Notes under the pieces: model-generated
Seen by the model: only the letters and a program-made list of their open reading frames with translations
Told to the model about the DNA's origin: nothing
Database searches by the model: none
Program-made: the position numbers and the translations under genes
Shown: in pieces, positions 1 through 11,379 of the stretch
Numbering within the stretch: the first letter of the stretch is position 1
Layout of the letters: each line of letters opens with the position of its first letter
DNA from: Malacoraja senta
Taxonomy: Eukaryota
Length of the DNA stretch: 46,397 nt
Direction of reading: 5' to 3'
NCBI GenBank assembly: GCA_038087875.1
Contig: JAXLNO010000221.1
Coordinates: 62,001 to 108,397 of the forward strand

Positions 1-790
1 GTAATGCACAAGATATCGACATGAATATAGAGTCTGTAGCTTGTTTCAGGTATGCACCAGTGTCCTCAGATGTGGTAGAAAGAAGTTTTTCACTACTGAA
101 GCATATTCTGTCGGCATAGTTTAACACCAGATAATTTGGGGACTTGATAGAGGTCTTTAAAATTATGAGCGGGTTAGACAGAGTGGACGTGGATAAGCTT
201 TTCCCATTGAGAGTAGGGAAGATTCAAACAAGGGGACATGACTTGAGAATTAAGGGACAGAAGTTTAGGGGGAACATTAGGGGGAACTTCTTTACTCAGA
301 GAATGGTAGCTGTGTGGAATGAGCTTCCAGTGGAAGTGGTGGAGGCAGGTTCGATGTTATCCTTTAAAAATAGATTGGATGGGTATATGGACGGGAAAGG
401 AATGGAGGGTTATGGTCTGAGTGCAGGTAGATGGGACTAGGGGGAAGTATTTATTTTTAATTTAAAAAAAAAAAAAAATTTAAAATAAAAAAAATTTAAA
501 TGTTCGGCACAGACTTGAAGGGCCGAGATGGCCTGTTTCCGTGCTGTTATGGTTATATGGTTATATGGTTATAATTTGAAAAAAATGCTAGTAATTATGT
601 TCAACCAGGCAACTTTGGTCATTTAATGTAGTGTACCTTTATATTATCATTTTTAACCATATTTTGGTGGTGGAAATACATGCTTTATGCTTTTTGTCAA
701 TAAATGCCTTTTTCGTGCCTTTTTTGTAATTTTATTATGCCCTTTTGCCTGCCTATTTCAGTTTTTTAGTGTCTAAACATCCTGGCTCTA
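1..790 (+). mobile_element. 3' end of a hAT-superfamily DNA transposon (CGGBP-like transposase), interrupted by a CR1 insertion
   Basis: Frame 3 from base 3 reads ...ACFRYAPVSSDVVERSFSLLKHILS, then after a frameshift HSLTPDNL, and after the CR1 insert KKMLVIMFNQATLVI* (stop 624-626). This matches the hAT C-terminal dimerisation motif (ERSFS). An AT-rich subterminal region ends in CATCCTGGCTCTA at 790 (reverse complement TAGAGCCAGGATG, candidate TIR). The partner end lies outside the window. Confidence 0.75.
139..570 (+). mobile_element. 5'-truncated CR1 LINE 3' end
   Basis: ORF 144-440 carries CR1 ORF2 C-terminal motifs (TRGH, FFTQRMVAVWNELP). It has an (ATATGGTT)n tail and an 8-bp TSD ATAATTTG at 131-138 and 571-578. 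Confidence 0.92.
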
Positions 791-2135
791 ATGATGAGGA
801 AGCAAATAGCAGGATAGACAAAGGAGAGTCAATTGATGTTGTTTACTTGGATTTTCAGAAGGCCTTGATAAAGTGCCGCACGTCAGGCTGCTAAACAAGA
901 TGAGAGCCCATGGTAATGGCAGAAGGCAAAGAATAAAGGGAGGGTTTTCTGGATGACTGCCGGTAACTTGTGGTTTTCTGCAGGGATCAGTGTTGGGTCC
1001 ACTACTTTTCACATTGTTTATTAATGATTTTGATGATGGAATAGATGGCTTTGTGGCCGTGTTTGCAGATGATACTGTTAATTCTGGATCTCATCTTACC
1101 CCTAGTCTGGTTCAGTAAAATAAACTGAGTAGAACACTGAAGTCCAAACCCTTCTTTATTTATATACACTGCAGGGACAGTCTCGGATACACTCACGCGA
1201 GCCCACAGTAGCCTCGTGGAAACAGAACAGAAGGAAAACAACCGACACACCCAAACAAATTACATACACTCTTATACCCCTAAACGAAGGCGGGGACACT
1301 AAGTACGATGGGGGAGGCCACCCCTACATGCCAATCACATCTTACAGATAAGAAAACACATTATGAAGCACTTACTCTGTTAAATTACAAACCATGTATA
1401 CAAAAACCTTTTAGCACCTACATACTAAGTATAAACAGATAATCCTCTATCCAATCACAGGCTTGGGTACAGCATCTCTTCAACAGAACCTAGACAATGG
1501 CATCAGAGAAGCCACAAGGACAGAAACCACCTGGAGTCTCTTGCAGAAACCTAGACTTAATGACACCAAGTGGGTCATAAGTGCAGAATCTTCCTGGAGC
1601 TTCCGCAACAGACGGTGGCAACAACTAGGTCACATGGACCTCTTGCACCTGGTGTTCTTGTCACCTCATCCAGCTTGACCTTGCTCACAGGCAGTGTCAG
1701 CTATTTTCCAAAGCACCATCAGCCATTTCCCAAAGTACCCATATTCTTACATATTATCAATACAAAGATAGGTGGAGGGGCAGGTAGTGTAGCGAAAGCA
1801 GGGAGACTGCTGAAGGACTTGGGCAGGTTGGGAGAGTGGGTAAAGAAGTGACAGATGAAATACATTATTGCAAAGTATGCAATCATGAACTTTAGTGTAG
1901 GAACAAAGCCGTAAACCATTTACTAATTAGGAAGAGGATTTAGAAATCGGAGGTGCAATGGGACTTGGGAGCGCTGGCACAGGATTCCCAAAGGGTTAAT
2001 TTACAATTTGAATCGGTATTAAGGAAGGCAAATGCAATGTTAGCATTCATTTCGAGAGGACTAGAATACAATAGCAGGGTTGTAATGCTGTGGCTTGATA
2101 AGGCACTGGTCAGACTGCATTTGGACTATTGTGAA
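791..2135 (+). mobile_element. Degraded CR1 LINE RT fragment, split by a solo LTR
   Basis: DVVYLDFQKA, QGSVLGPLLF and FADDT (ends 1075) resume as TKIGGGAGS at 1761. ORF 1953 gives KANAMLAFISRGLEY...LVRLHLDYC. Confidence 0.88.
1076..1759 (-). mobile_element. Solo LTR (684 bp) of an LTR retrotransposon or endogenous retrovirus
   Basis: TG...CA termini with an imperfect inverted repeat (TGTTAAT / ATTATCA) and a 4-bp TSD ATAC at 1072-1075 and 1760-1763. It interrupts the CR1 FADDTK codons exactly. On the minus strand, a TATA-like GGGGTATAAG (~1270-1279) precedes AATAAA (~1155-1160), and CCAAT boxes lie at ~1331 and ~1451. Confidence 0.85.
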
Positions 2136-2189
2136 CAGAGGGATGCCAGGTGTTTATCTCCAATTGTCCAAAAGGCAACGTATCTGAAG

Positions 2190-2920
2190 GTAGAAACAAA
2201 GAGCTGCAGATGCTGGTTTGTACCAAAGATAGACACTAGGTGCTGGAGTAACTCAGCAAGTCAGGTTGCATCTCTGGAAAGAGATGGGAGATTGATGTTT
2301 CTGGTCGGGGCCCTTCTTCAGATTGAAAGTGGGAGGGAAGAGAGGGGGAGGGATGAAGAGCTGAAGGCGAGAAAAGACCAGGACCAATCAGGGACAGCCA
2401 CAAATGACCTCAGGCAGGATGATGCCTGGTAAGCCCGATGTTGGCTATGGACGGTGTGATCTCAAGACAATGTGGAGAACTGTGGAACTGGTAAAACGAC
2501 CAGGACGGAGGCAGGGGGCAAGAGGGGAGGGGCGAGAGGAGGGGAGTTAGTAGAATTTACTTAAAGTTAGAGAATTCAAAGTTCATAACGCTGGGTTGTA
2601 AGCTACCCAAGCATTTCCGTGTGGCCTCACTCTGTGCAATAGAGGAGGGCCAGGACAGAACGGTGATTATGGGAATGGGAAGGGGAGTTGACATGGTTGG
2701 CAACTAGGAGATCCCGTAGGTATGGGCACACCAAGTGTAAGTGTTCAGTGAAACGGTCGGCGTGTCTATGTTTGGTCACGCCGATGTACAGGAGATAAGA
2801 TCAGGAACACCTGAAACAGTAGATGAGGTTAGAGGAGGTACTGGTGAACCTCTGTCTAACCTGAAAGATCCTTATAGCACCTCCCTCGACTTCATCCAGT
2901 GACTCCGACAGTCCTTTCAG
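2190..2920 (-). mobile_element. Penelope-like element 3' part (degraded GIY-YIG endonuclease plus pseudo-LTR)
   Basis: Minus strand reads RQRFTSTSSNLIYCFRC...YIGVTKHR...LGSLQPSVMNFEFSNFK*, followed by a pyrimidine-rich UTR, the hammerhead-like motif CTGAAGAAGGGCCCCGACCAGAAACATC (2294-2321) and the GAGTTACTCCAGCA...CCAGCATCTGCAG terminus. Confidence 0.85.
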
Positions 2921-3199
2921 GACAGGTCAACCCTTAAAGGCCAGGTCCTTGGTGTTTCTTTCCTGTAATGGAACCTGACGAATGTCCTGAAAATAAACCT
3001 ATTTTCCTGTAAAAACTATCCGAGTGCAAAGCTGGTTGCAACATTGACAGTGGTCATGGACTGAAAAAACAGCTTATCAATGAGGACAACGGCAATGGAA
3101 GTGCAGTGCTGGAGTCACATCATAATTCATATGATGGCTGCAGTGGCCAATCTTTGCTATATTTTCCCATTTGATGCGCACATCAGCATTCGGGAGATC

Positions 3200-3959
3200 A
3201 AGTTGGGAAAAGGTGAAGTACAAGTTTTTTAAAAAGGGGTAGTACAATGGGATCTGGGGGTCCTTGTTCATCAGTCAATGAAAGTAAGCATGCAGGTACA
3301 GCAGGCAGTGAAGAAAGCGAATGGCATGTTGGCCTTCATAACAAGAGGAGTTGAGTATAGGAGCAAAGAGATCCTTCTCCAGTTGTATAGGGCCCTAGTA
3401 AGACCACACCTGGAGTATTGTGTGCAGTTTTGATCGCCTAATTTGAAGAAGGACATTCTTGCTATTGAGGGAGTGCAGCATAGGTTTATAAGGTTAATTC
3501 CCGGGATGGCGATATGCTGAGAGAATGGAGTGGCTGGGCTTGTATACTCTGGAGTTTAGAAGGATGAGAGGTTATCTTTTTGAAACATATAAGATTATTA
3601 ATGGTTTGGACACGCTCGAGGCGGGAAACATGTTCCCGATGTTGGGGGAGTCCAGAACCAGGGGCCACAGTTTAAGAATAAGGGGTAAGCCATTTAGAAC
3701 AGAGATGAGGAAACACTTCTTCACACAGAGAGTGGTGAGTCTGTGGCATTCTCTGCCTCAGAGGGCAGTGGAGGCCGGTTCTCTGGATACTTTCAAGAGA
3801 GCTAGATAGGGCTCTTAAAGATAGCGGAGTCAGGGGATATGGGGAGAAGGCAGGATCGGGGTACTGATTGGGGATAATCAGCCATGATCACATTGAATGG
3901 CAATGCTGGCTCGAAGGGCCGAATGGCCTACTCCTGCACCTGTTGTCTATTGTCTATTG
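3200..3959 (+). mobile_element. 5'-truncated CR1 LINE
   Basis: KKANGMLAFITRGVEY...LVRPHLEYCVQF, ORF 3525-3809 (TRGHSLRIRGKPF), the CR1 3'UTR motif GAAGGGCCGAATGGCCTACTCC and a (TATTGTC)n tail. Confidence 0.93.
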
Positions 3960-4665
3960 AGATCCCATTTTCACAACATGTCATAGGAAAGGACAATTTT
4001 TGCTCAAGAATTAGGAGACAAGTGTATTTTTCAGGCTTCCGAGGGTGATAGATTGACTTGTGGGATGATTTACATGAATGACAAAGACTATACCCTGCTC
4101 AATGTACACACTGCATGTGACTATGAGAGAAATGTTCTCATCCAGGATGTTTGCATTGCATTCCTGTTTTAGGGTAAGTCCATGTTTCTCACCTTATTTA
4201 AGGTACCACAATGTACTCAACTCTAAGGTTAATAAGGTTTTCTCCATCAACAGATCACCTGTGTAAAAATTGACAAGATACAATCAGGATAGTGCCACTG
4301 GGAAATTCAAGAGCTTGCATTATTCATTGTCATCTCTGCTCTCTCTCTAATCTTGTCATCATGAGCATCCAGCAGGATGAGTTTAGGGAGAAGGAGGAGT
4401 CGTGGCCACTGCAGGTGGCAGAGAAGTGTAAGCTAAGCAGAAGGTGATGAGGGGAGCTCTCTCTCAGCATGTTATTGTCACCTTTTATTGCTTGAAGAAA
4501 CTCAAGGACACCACACCACAGATTTAGTGTCCATGCATGGAAAGAAATTACAGACCACATTCACAACATTCGACTTTGGTATTCAATGACACAAAGCTAA
4601 TTCTTAAAGGCAAAGAGGTTCCATCAGACCTTGGGTGTGGTCACAGGATGGACCTCGGTTACGTT

Positions 4666-6990
4666 ACATTAGAACACGATAAAATAGGACCAAGCGTGTG
4701 CCATCTGGTCTTCAAGCCTGTGCCACCATTTAATGTGATCGTGGCTGATCTATGCTGGCCTCAATTCCTCTTCTGTGCCATTTCTCTGAACCCTCTATTC
4801 TTCAACATGATATTTATCCAGCACTACTTTAAATACTTCTCAATCCAGCTTCCAATTTCCACTGGGCAGAGAATTCCAGAGATTCACCATCTTCTGAGAG
4901 AATAAATTACTGTGCCTCAGTTTTAATCGACTGATCTCTTGTAGTTATGACCCCTTGTTCAAGATTCACCAGAGAAAACTTCCCAACCTCTTTTATTTTA
5001 TGTTTAAATAAGGTCACCCTTCATTCTTCTAAACTCCAAAGGCTTTAGGCCCAAACTATTTAGTTTCTCTCAGTAGGACAACTCTCTCACCTCAGGAGTT
5101 AGCCTGCTGAATCTCCAATGTTACTACATTTTTTTAGGGAAGGGGACCAAATCTGTATGCAATATTCCAGATGAGGAGCACACTAAATCTCCCTTTTTCA
5201 ATTCCAAGCCTTTTGCAATGGAGGTCAAATTGCAGTTTACCTTTTTAACTACCTGTTAGCTACCAGCCTGCTAGCTTGAGCAAAAAAACAAAGTGCAGGA
5301 GAAATTCCACAGGCCAGGCAGCATCAGCAGAGGGAGATGGACAGATGGCGTTTCGGGTTGGAATCCTTGTCTGTCCAAGACAACATTGTCTGTCCATCTT
5401 CTTCTGCCACTGCTGCCTGTGCAGCAGAATTCATCCAGCATCTTGTTTTTTTGCTCAAGCTTTCAGCATCTGCAGTCTTGTGTGTCACCAACATACTAAC
5501 CTTTTGTGATTCTTTCACCAGAACACTAAGATCCGTTTGAATGTCACTCTCTCCATTTAGACAATAAACTGCTTTTTCTTACCAAAGTGCATGACCTCAA
5601 ACTTCCTCTCACTAAACACAATCTGCCAGTCTTTTGCCCACTCACTCAATGTATCTATATTTCATTGCAGAATCACCATATCTCTATTATAGCATATCTT
5701 TCTGCCTAATTTTGTAACAAAGGTAAATTACAAACCTTATATACTGCTCCATCCTCCATGTTAGTAATGTAAATAGTGAACAATTGACAGCTAAGGTCTG
5801 ATCCGACATTATTCCACTGGTTACCTCCTTCTAGTCTGTAAAGGACAGATTTATTCCAACTCTGTTTTCTATGAGACAGTCACTTTTTAATCCATGTTAT
5901 CACACTTTCTCGTGGCTTTTCATTTGTGTAGCAGCCTGCTATGTGACACCGCACCAAATGTATTTTGGAAATCTAAATATACTCCATCTATACGTTCCCC
6001 TCTATCAACTTTCCCTGTTACATCCTCAAAGAATTCAGGCACATTTGTGAAACATGATTACCTTTCAAAAAAATATGTTGACTATGTTTAATGGGATCCA
6101 GCTTTCCTAAATGATTAGTTATTTCCTCTTTGTTCATTGACTTGAGCATCTTGCCAATAATAGCTGTAAAACTAACTGGCCTGTAGTTCCTTGCCTTCTG
6201 CCTTTCTCCTTTTTTGAACAAGAGAGTCACATTGGCTGTTTTCCAATCTTCTGGTAAACCTCCCAGAGTTTAGTGAGGCTTGAAAAGTTTCAGCAAAAGG
6301 GTCCACATTCCCTGCAGATACTTCCTTTAAATCTTGAGTGTGCAGTCCCTTGAGTCCTGGTAACTTGTCCACCTTTATCCTCCTGAATTGTTCTAATACT
6401 GTATCCATTGCAATTGGGATTTTTATTATTTGAACAAAACTACCATGTTATTTGAAATGAGTCCACCCAACATCTTAGAGGCATGTGTCTGGTAAAGACT
6501 GATGTAAAAGGTTTATTTAACATATCTGCAATTTCTTTGTTTGATGCTATTAATTCACCAGCTGCATTCTCTAGATACCCGACATTTATCTTAGCTGCCC
6601 ACTTCCTATATATGTACCTAAATAAACTTTTATTGTTTGCTTTTAGAGTCCATGCAAGCTTCCCTCAAAATGTATTTTCTCCCTTCTTTTGAAAATGTTA
6701 GTCTTCTGCTGCAGGATTATTAAAATCTTCTTAGTACTCTTGCCATTTTCTATACCTGTTTTTCAATTTAACATTACATCCTTTGATAACCACAAACTGC
6801 CTCTTTTGTGTCAAATTCCTCTTTTAGGTTGGGATGAACTCTTGCTGAGCATTAATAGAAAAGCTAATTGAATATCTGCCACTGTTCATCCACCGACCTG
6901 TCTCTTCACTTGTTTACCATCATGACCTGTCCATCTTTGACAACCCCTCCTCCATACCATTATAAATGTCTCTGTTTAATGTGAAGACAC
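4666..6990 (-). mobile_element. Old CR1 LINE (3'UTR plus degraded ORF2)
   Basis: Minus ORFs 6018-6230 (LFKKGERQKARNYRPVSFTAIIGK) and 6172-6408 (KVDKLPGLKGLH) are CR1 RT N-terminal motifs. A CR1-type 3'UTR lies at 4670-4800. Confidence 0.8.
5276..5490. mobile_element. Penelope pseudo-LTR fold-back (inverted pair) inserted in the old CR1
   Basis: Arms TTGAGCAAAAAAACAA...GGACAGATG and GTCTGTCC...TTGTTTTTTGCTCAA are reverse complements. Both match the PLE terminus seen elsewhere in the window. Confidence 0.75.
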
Positions 6991-7099
6991 TGTGTTATGG
7001 ACCAACTACCTCCTCTGGCACCTTATTCCAATTACCCACCACCGTCTCAGTGTAATAGTTGCCCCTCAGTTTCCTATTACATCTTTCCCCTCTTACCTT

Positions 7100-7268
7100 A
7101 AAACTCACTAAAACACTACCTTCTGCACTTTGATATGTTTTCTCTTTGCGCTACTAGTGGCATGGTTTGATTCTACTCATATATATTATGATTTGACTGG
7201 ATAGCATGCAAATATATTTCTTTCTCAGTATCGTAGTACACATGACAATAATAAGCCAATACCAATAC
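7100..7268 (+). mobile_element. Short LINE 3' end (Rex1/Babar-like UTR)
   Basis: Ends in CACATGACAATAATAAG followed by a (CCAATA)n tail, similar in architecture to the Rex1 3'UTR at 19287-19330. Confidence 0.45.
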
Positions 7269-8607
7269 TGAACTATTATATCAGAGTACCAAATTCTGTC
7301 AATTCAATTGTTCTAACAGCAAGGTTTATAATCCACCTTTAAGATTTAGTGGCAGAATAAACCATGCAGGCTTTAAACTGCTGCTTTCAGACAACTGGAA
7401 ATCTTCAACTCGTCGAATGCAAAATAATCTGCTGCCAACGACTCACTATCCTCAATCCATTTTTTAGCTATCATTTTTCTATCTCATCCTTTCCTGAGCT
7501 TCTATTGCCTCTGTCACGCCCAGCACTTTGGAACAAAAGCATTGTGTTTTTGGCAATCTATGTTCAAAAATGACAAATCATAACATTCATCATATGATGG
7601 ATTTAAGGGGCAATTATTACTGAGCAAGGAATCTGTAACTGCAGGATTGTCAAATCTGTGAGTACATCTTTCAAAGAGTTTGCTCCTTTGCCAGTTTCTG
7701 AAATGACCAGTGAACCCACTCCAAGTACTTATATGTATTGTTTTTCAATCTCAGGTTATGACAGGTAATATGAGATTAATGAATAATGTTAAGAACAATT
7801 CTGTCAGCAGAACAAATATTATTAAAACTTCTGCCTTCTTCTTAAAACTACAATAAATGTGGTAACCTGACACCAGAAGAATTAGTCACCCTTGGCTGAT
7901 CAAATCTAAAATAATCATGTATAGTTTCCATGGAGCTATTGTGTTATTGACCCAAAAATGAATTTGTTTTATTTCAAATTTATGAAAACCGTGTGATTCA
8001 TCAAGGCAGTGAACCCATAGTGAGACTTCAGACACAGCCTCCAGCAAGGAATGCTTAATAAAAACTCATTTTATCTTAATAAAATTCTTTACTTAACCCA
8101 ATGAATTCAAGTTAGTTTATAATTTTGGTGAATTTTGGTGAATTTCTTTGATGGGAAATTGCAATTTTATCAACCTCTGGTATGCAATTTACACACTTAG
8201 CTCCACATTGTCAGGAACAGCAGTACCTGATGTAAAATAACCACTCTCTGCCATGGCTCTGATAACCCAAATATCAGCAGTATATGCTCTTTTTTGCAGC
8301 CTTATGATTTTACCCCAGATTCTCTGTTGAGTTGAGAGGACCACTGTGTCAGATACTTCCAAAGAAAACATTTATTTTGATTAATCAAACTCAAAATATT
8401 ATATCTTTTGCAAGAAGATGAATAACAAAATGTTCTTGCTAATGTTATGTAATTGAGTAATTAGTGACTGCATGATCAGATCACAGATTTTTCGTGTAGT
8501 TAAGGATGCACTTTGAAATGATGTGAGATAAGTATTTTAATGTTTATATGTAGCTTTAATGTAATAAAACACCAGAAGGGAACAGAGAAGGGTCTGGAGG
8601 GGAAAGA

Positions 8608-8896
8608 AACAGTGACGCAACTGGTAAAGCTGCCGCCCCACAGCGCCAAAGACCCAGGTTCAATCCTGACTCGGGTACTGTTTGTGTGGAGTTTGCATGC
8701 TTTCCCTGTGTCGACGTGGGTTTCCTCCGGGTGCTCTGGTTTGCTCCTACATCGCAAAGGCACATGGCTTTGTAGATTAATTGGCCCTCTGTAAATTGCC
8801 CAAAGTGTGTAGGGAGTGTAATGTGAATCGGTGATTGATAGTTGGCCTGGACTCAGTAGGCAGAACGGCCTATCTCTAAATTAAACTAAACTAAAA
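8608..8896 (+). mobile_element. HE1-like tRNA-derived V-SINE
   Basis: A-box-like GTGACGCAACTGGT, B-box GGTTCAATCC, V-domain GTGGAGTTTGCATG...GGGTTTCCTCCGGGTGCTC and a (CTAAA)n tail. Confidence 0.88.
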
Positions 8897-8929
8897 CATT
8901 CTAAGAGGTTTTATGAGAGCATAATCAAC

Positions 8930-9072
8930 CCCAATCACATGCAGGTTTGTAGGTTCATTGGCTTCTGTAAATTGTCCCGAGTGTGTAGGATAGAACTAGT
9001 GTATAGGTTGTTGGTCGGCGTGGACTCGGTGGACCGAAAGGCCTGTTTTCACATAGCATTTCCAAACTAAAT
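8930..9072 (+). mobile_element. 5'-truncated HE1-like SINE
   Basis: GCAGGTTTGTAGGTTCATTGGC...GTAAATTGTCC...GGACTCGGTGGACCGAAAGGCCTGTTT matches the 3' half of the other SINE copies. Confidence 0.75.
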
Positions 9073-9639
9073 TCTCCAAAACTGCTGTTGACCCAAAGGA
9101 CATTACAGCAAGGCAGATGATCAAAATGTTGGTTAAAATAGTCGGTTTGGGAATTTCCCATGAAAATTGAAGGAGGTTAGAATGGAAGAATATTGAGATG
9201 AAATCCTTGACACATTTGTGCTTCAAATATGTGGATTATTAATCACCAATAAATGTTCAACGATTTGAGAGGTTTTGTTTGGTTAATGTATTTAATCTGG
9301 ACAAAGGATGTAGGAATTTCATGATGTTCCACACAGGAATATATATTAAAGATTATCAATACAAACAGATGTTTTGCTGGTTTAGCATTACATAGAGTCA
9401 TGTTAAACTTTGCAGGACTTTTTTATTATGAAAGGTGCTTCTTTTATCTCCCATGCTGAACTACAGAATTTGAAGAATCCTTTACTAGATATAAAAAGAC
9501 AATCATCAGCCATTCTAAATTTCAGGCAAGCTTGATTTTGTCAGTTTGAATCAATTGCTGTTTTTTAAATTTGGTGATTCAAATACAGACTCCCCTTAAT
9601 CCTGGCCAACGTCATAATGCAATACTGAAGAAATATTAG

Positions 9640-9900
9640 ATCATCAATTACATGGTCCTGCACATGCAATGTTAAATCAAGGCTTCACTTGTCAGATCAG
9701 ACGGGCATCAAAGCATCAAAGATCCCATTTCTAAGAAGATACGTGTTTTATCGGTGTTCTAATGAAGGATTTTTTCTTTGTAATTCGATCAATATCACCA
9801 AACACAGCTTACTGATTATATGTTTCATTTACTGTTTGTGGAGCCTTCTGGCTATGAATTAGCCAGTATGTTGCAAACATAGCAACAATGCACACCAGGA
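9640..9900 (+). mobile_element. Highly degraded Deu-domain-like SINE
   Basis: AAAGATCCCATTTCTAAGAAGA...ATCACCAAACACAG...TTACTGTTTGTGGAGC resembles the DeuSINE core and the clearer copy at 20843-21130. Confidence 0.45.
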
Positions 9901-10408
9901 AAAAATATACCAATGGATACAAACCCACATTTGAGGAGGTAATAATTGAAAGTACAAATACAAATTCAAATTCATTCTTAGCACAGAGCATGTAATACTA
10001 TTCAAATAGAAGAGGTGATTTCAATTTGCAATAGACAAACTCATATGCAAACTTGCTTCCAAGTCCAATGTAGTGAAGTGGGAGACTTAAGGGCATGTCC
10101 CACTTTCACGACCCAATTCGCGACCTCTGACGACCTTAAACGACCTTAAAAAATCAAGGTCGCGGTAACCTACGACCTCCTACGACCTTCCACAACTATG
10201 TCTACGACCTCCTACGACTATGTTGAAGACCTCCGACTATGAAGAAGACCTCCTTCGACCTTCTTCGACTATGTTGAAGACCATGTACGTTTTACTGCTG
10301 TTTGCAGTAGCCCTTTTGCTTCAGCAGCCTTTTAAGAAAGGCAGGGGAAGAGCAAGGATGAAGAGGAAGTACAAGAAGAGGTCCCAATGGGTGAATGGAG
10401 GTGATGTG

Positions 10409-10510
10409 ATGGACTGCCCCAGTACACCAGATGACTGGAAGAGAGTGGCACTGGGCTTTGACCAAAGATGGAACTTTAAGCACACATGTGGGGCAGTGGA
10501 TGGCAAGCAT
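10409..10510 (+). pseudogene. Harbinger DDE transposase fragment
   Basis: MDCPSTPDDWKRVALGFDQRWNFKHTCGAVDGKH matches the Harbinger motif W-N-F-x-x-x-x-G-A-x-D-G-K-H, which contains the first catalytic Asp. Confidence 0.88.
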
Positions 10511-10512
10511 GC

Positions 10513-10624
10513 CATTCTTGTCCCTGTCCCTGTACCCCTCATTTTCCTTTTCGTACAGGATGGCATTCTGCTGGAACCATTCCTCAAGGTCCCCCTCCTG
10601 CTGCCTGGTGAAGGTGTAGGGCAT
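10513..10624 (-). pseudogene. Harbinger second-ORF Myb/SANT (MADF)-like DNA-binding domain fragment
   Basis: Minus strand MPYTFTRQQEGDLEEWFQQNAILYEKENEGYRDRDK resembles a MADF N-terminus and is convergent with the transposase remnant. Confidence 0.7.
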
Positions 10625-11379
10625 AACCTTCCACCAGCCCTCCCTCACCACCAATGGGGCATCTTCCTCTGATGCTGTGTCAGACACAGGAGAAAGGGCT
10701 GTTTTGCTGCCTTCAAATGAGGCAGTGAAGGATGGGGTGGTGGTGGGGACATATACTACCCTCCAGGGGTTTCTCATGCAGGGCTACCTCCTCCTGCACT
10801 ATCACCTCCTGTGGCACCACCTCCTGCCACTCCTCCTCTTGGGTGGGTAACACCTGCATGGCCGGTTTTTTTTAGGGTTGTGCCCTCCCCCTGCACTGCT
10901 GCCTTTTTGGTGCCATCTCTAAATCACAAGTCTCCTCTCCAAAAAACTCTCCAGCTATGAATGAACATGCCCTGGAGTGACAGAGGTGACGTTCTGCTTA
11001 TTAAATAACCTTTTTTTTCTCTACTGACCTTTTTTTCACCCCGGAGCTATTACTTTCGACTGCCTCCGACCACCTACGACTACCTACGACTAGCATCACG
11101 ACCTACTACGACCTACCTACGAGTAAACAGTATCGATTTTTTCCATGACTACCTTTTTTTAAACTCGTGGACATTTTTTATCAGGCTAGAAAAAACGCCG
11201 CGACCTACTTGATGCTACGAGTACCTACGGCGAGCATCACGACCTGCTACGACCTACCTACGACCTCCTACGACCTCGTGGCGACCATGCTGCGAGTATG
11301 AGTCAAGGGCAAACTCAGCAGAGGTCGTGAATTAGGTCGTGAAAGTGGGACAGGGGCTTTACATATTCAGAAGCACCTT

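Larger units (their letters stand above)
10090..11358 (+). mobile_element. Internally deleted PIF/Harbinger DNA transposon (non-autonomous)
   Basis: TIRs of about 40 bp (AGGGCATGTCCCACTTTCACGACC... / ...GGTCGTGAAAGTGGGACAGGGGCT), 3-bp TSD TTA (10087-10089, 11359-11361), subterminal (TA)CGACCT arrays and remnants of both Harbinger ORFs. Confidence 0.92.

Noticed and set aside
7755..7764. Possible 10-nt microexon (CTCAG|GTTATGACAG|GTAATA)
   Set aside because: It is not a multiple of 3, there is no host gene evidence, and it could easily arise by chance.
8189..8371. 60-aa minus ORF with a possible 129-nt exon (8227-8355)
   Set aside because: The acceptor and donor are weak and the peptide is not recognisable.
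8608..8690. tRNA-like A and B boxes (also at 25746, 38275, 44663)
   Set aside because: These are SINE heads continuing into a V-domain and LINE-like tail, with no complete cloverleaf.
10110..11340. CGACCT-rich arrays resembling a CRISPR or iteron array
   Set aside because: The motifs are only 6-10 bp, irregularly spaced, lack unique spacers and lie in the subterminal regions of a Harbinger transposon in a vertebrate context.
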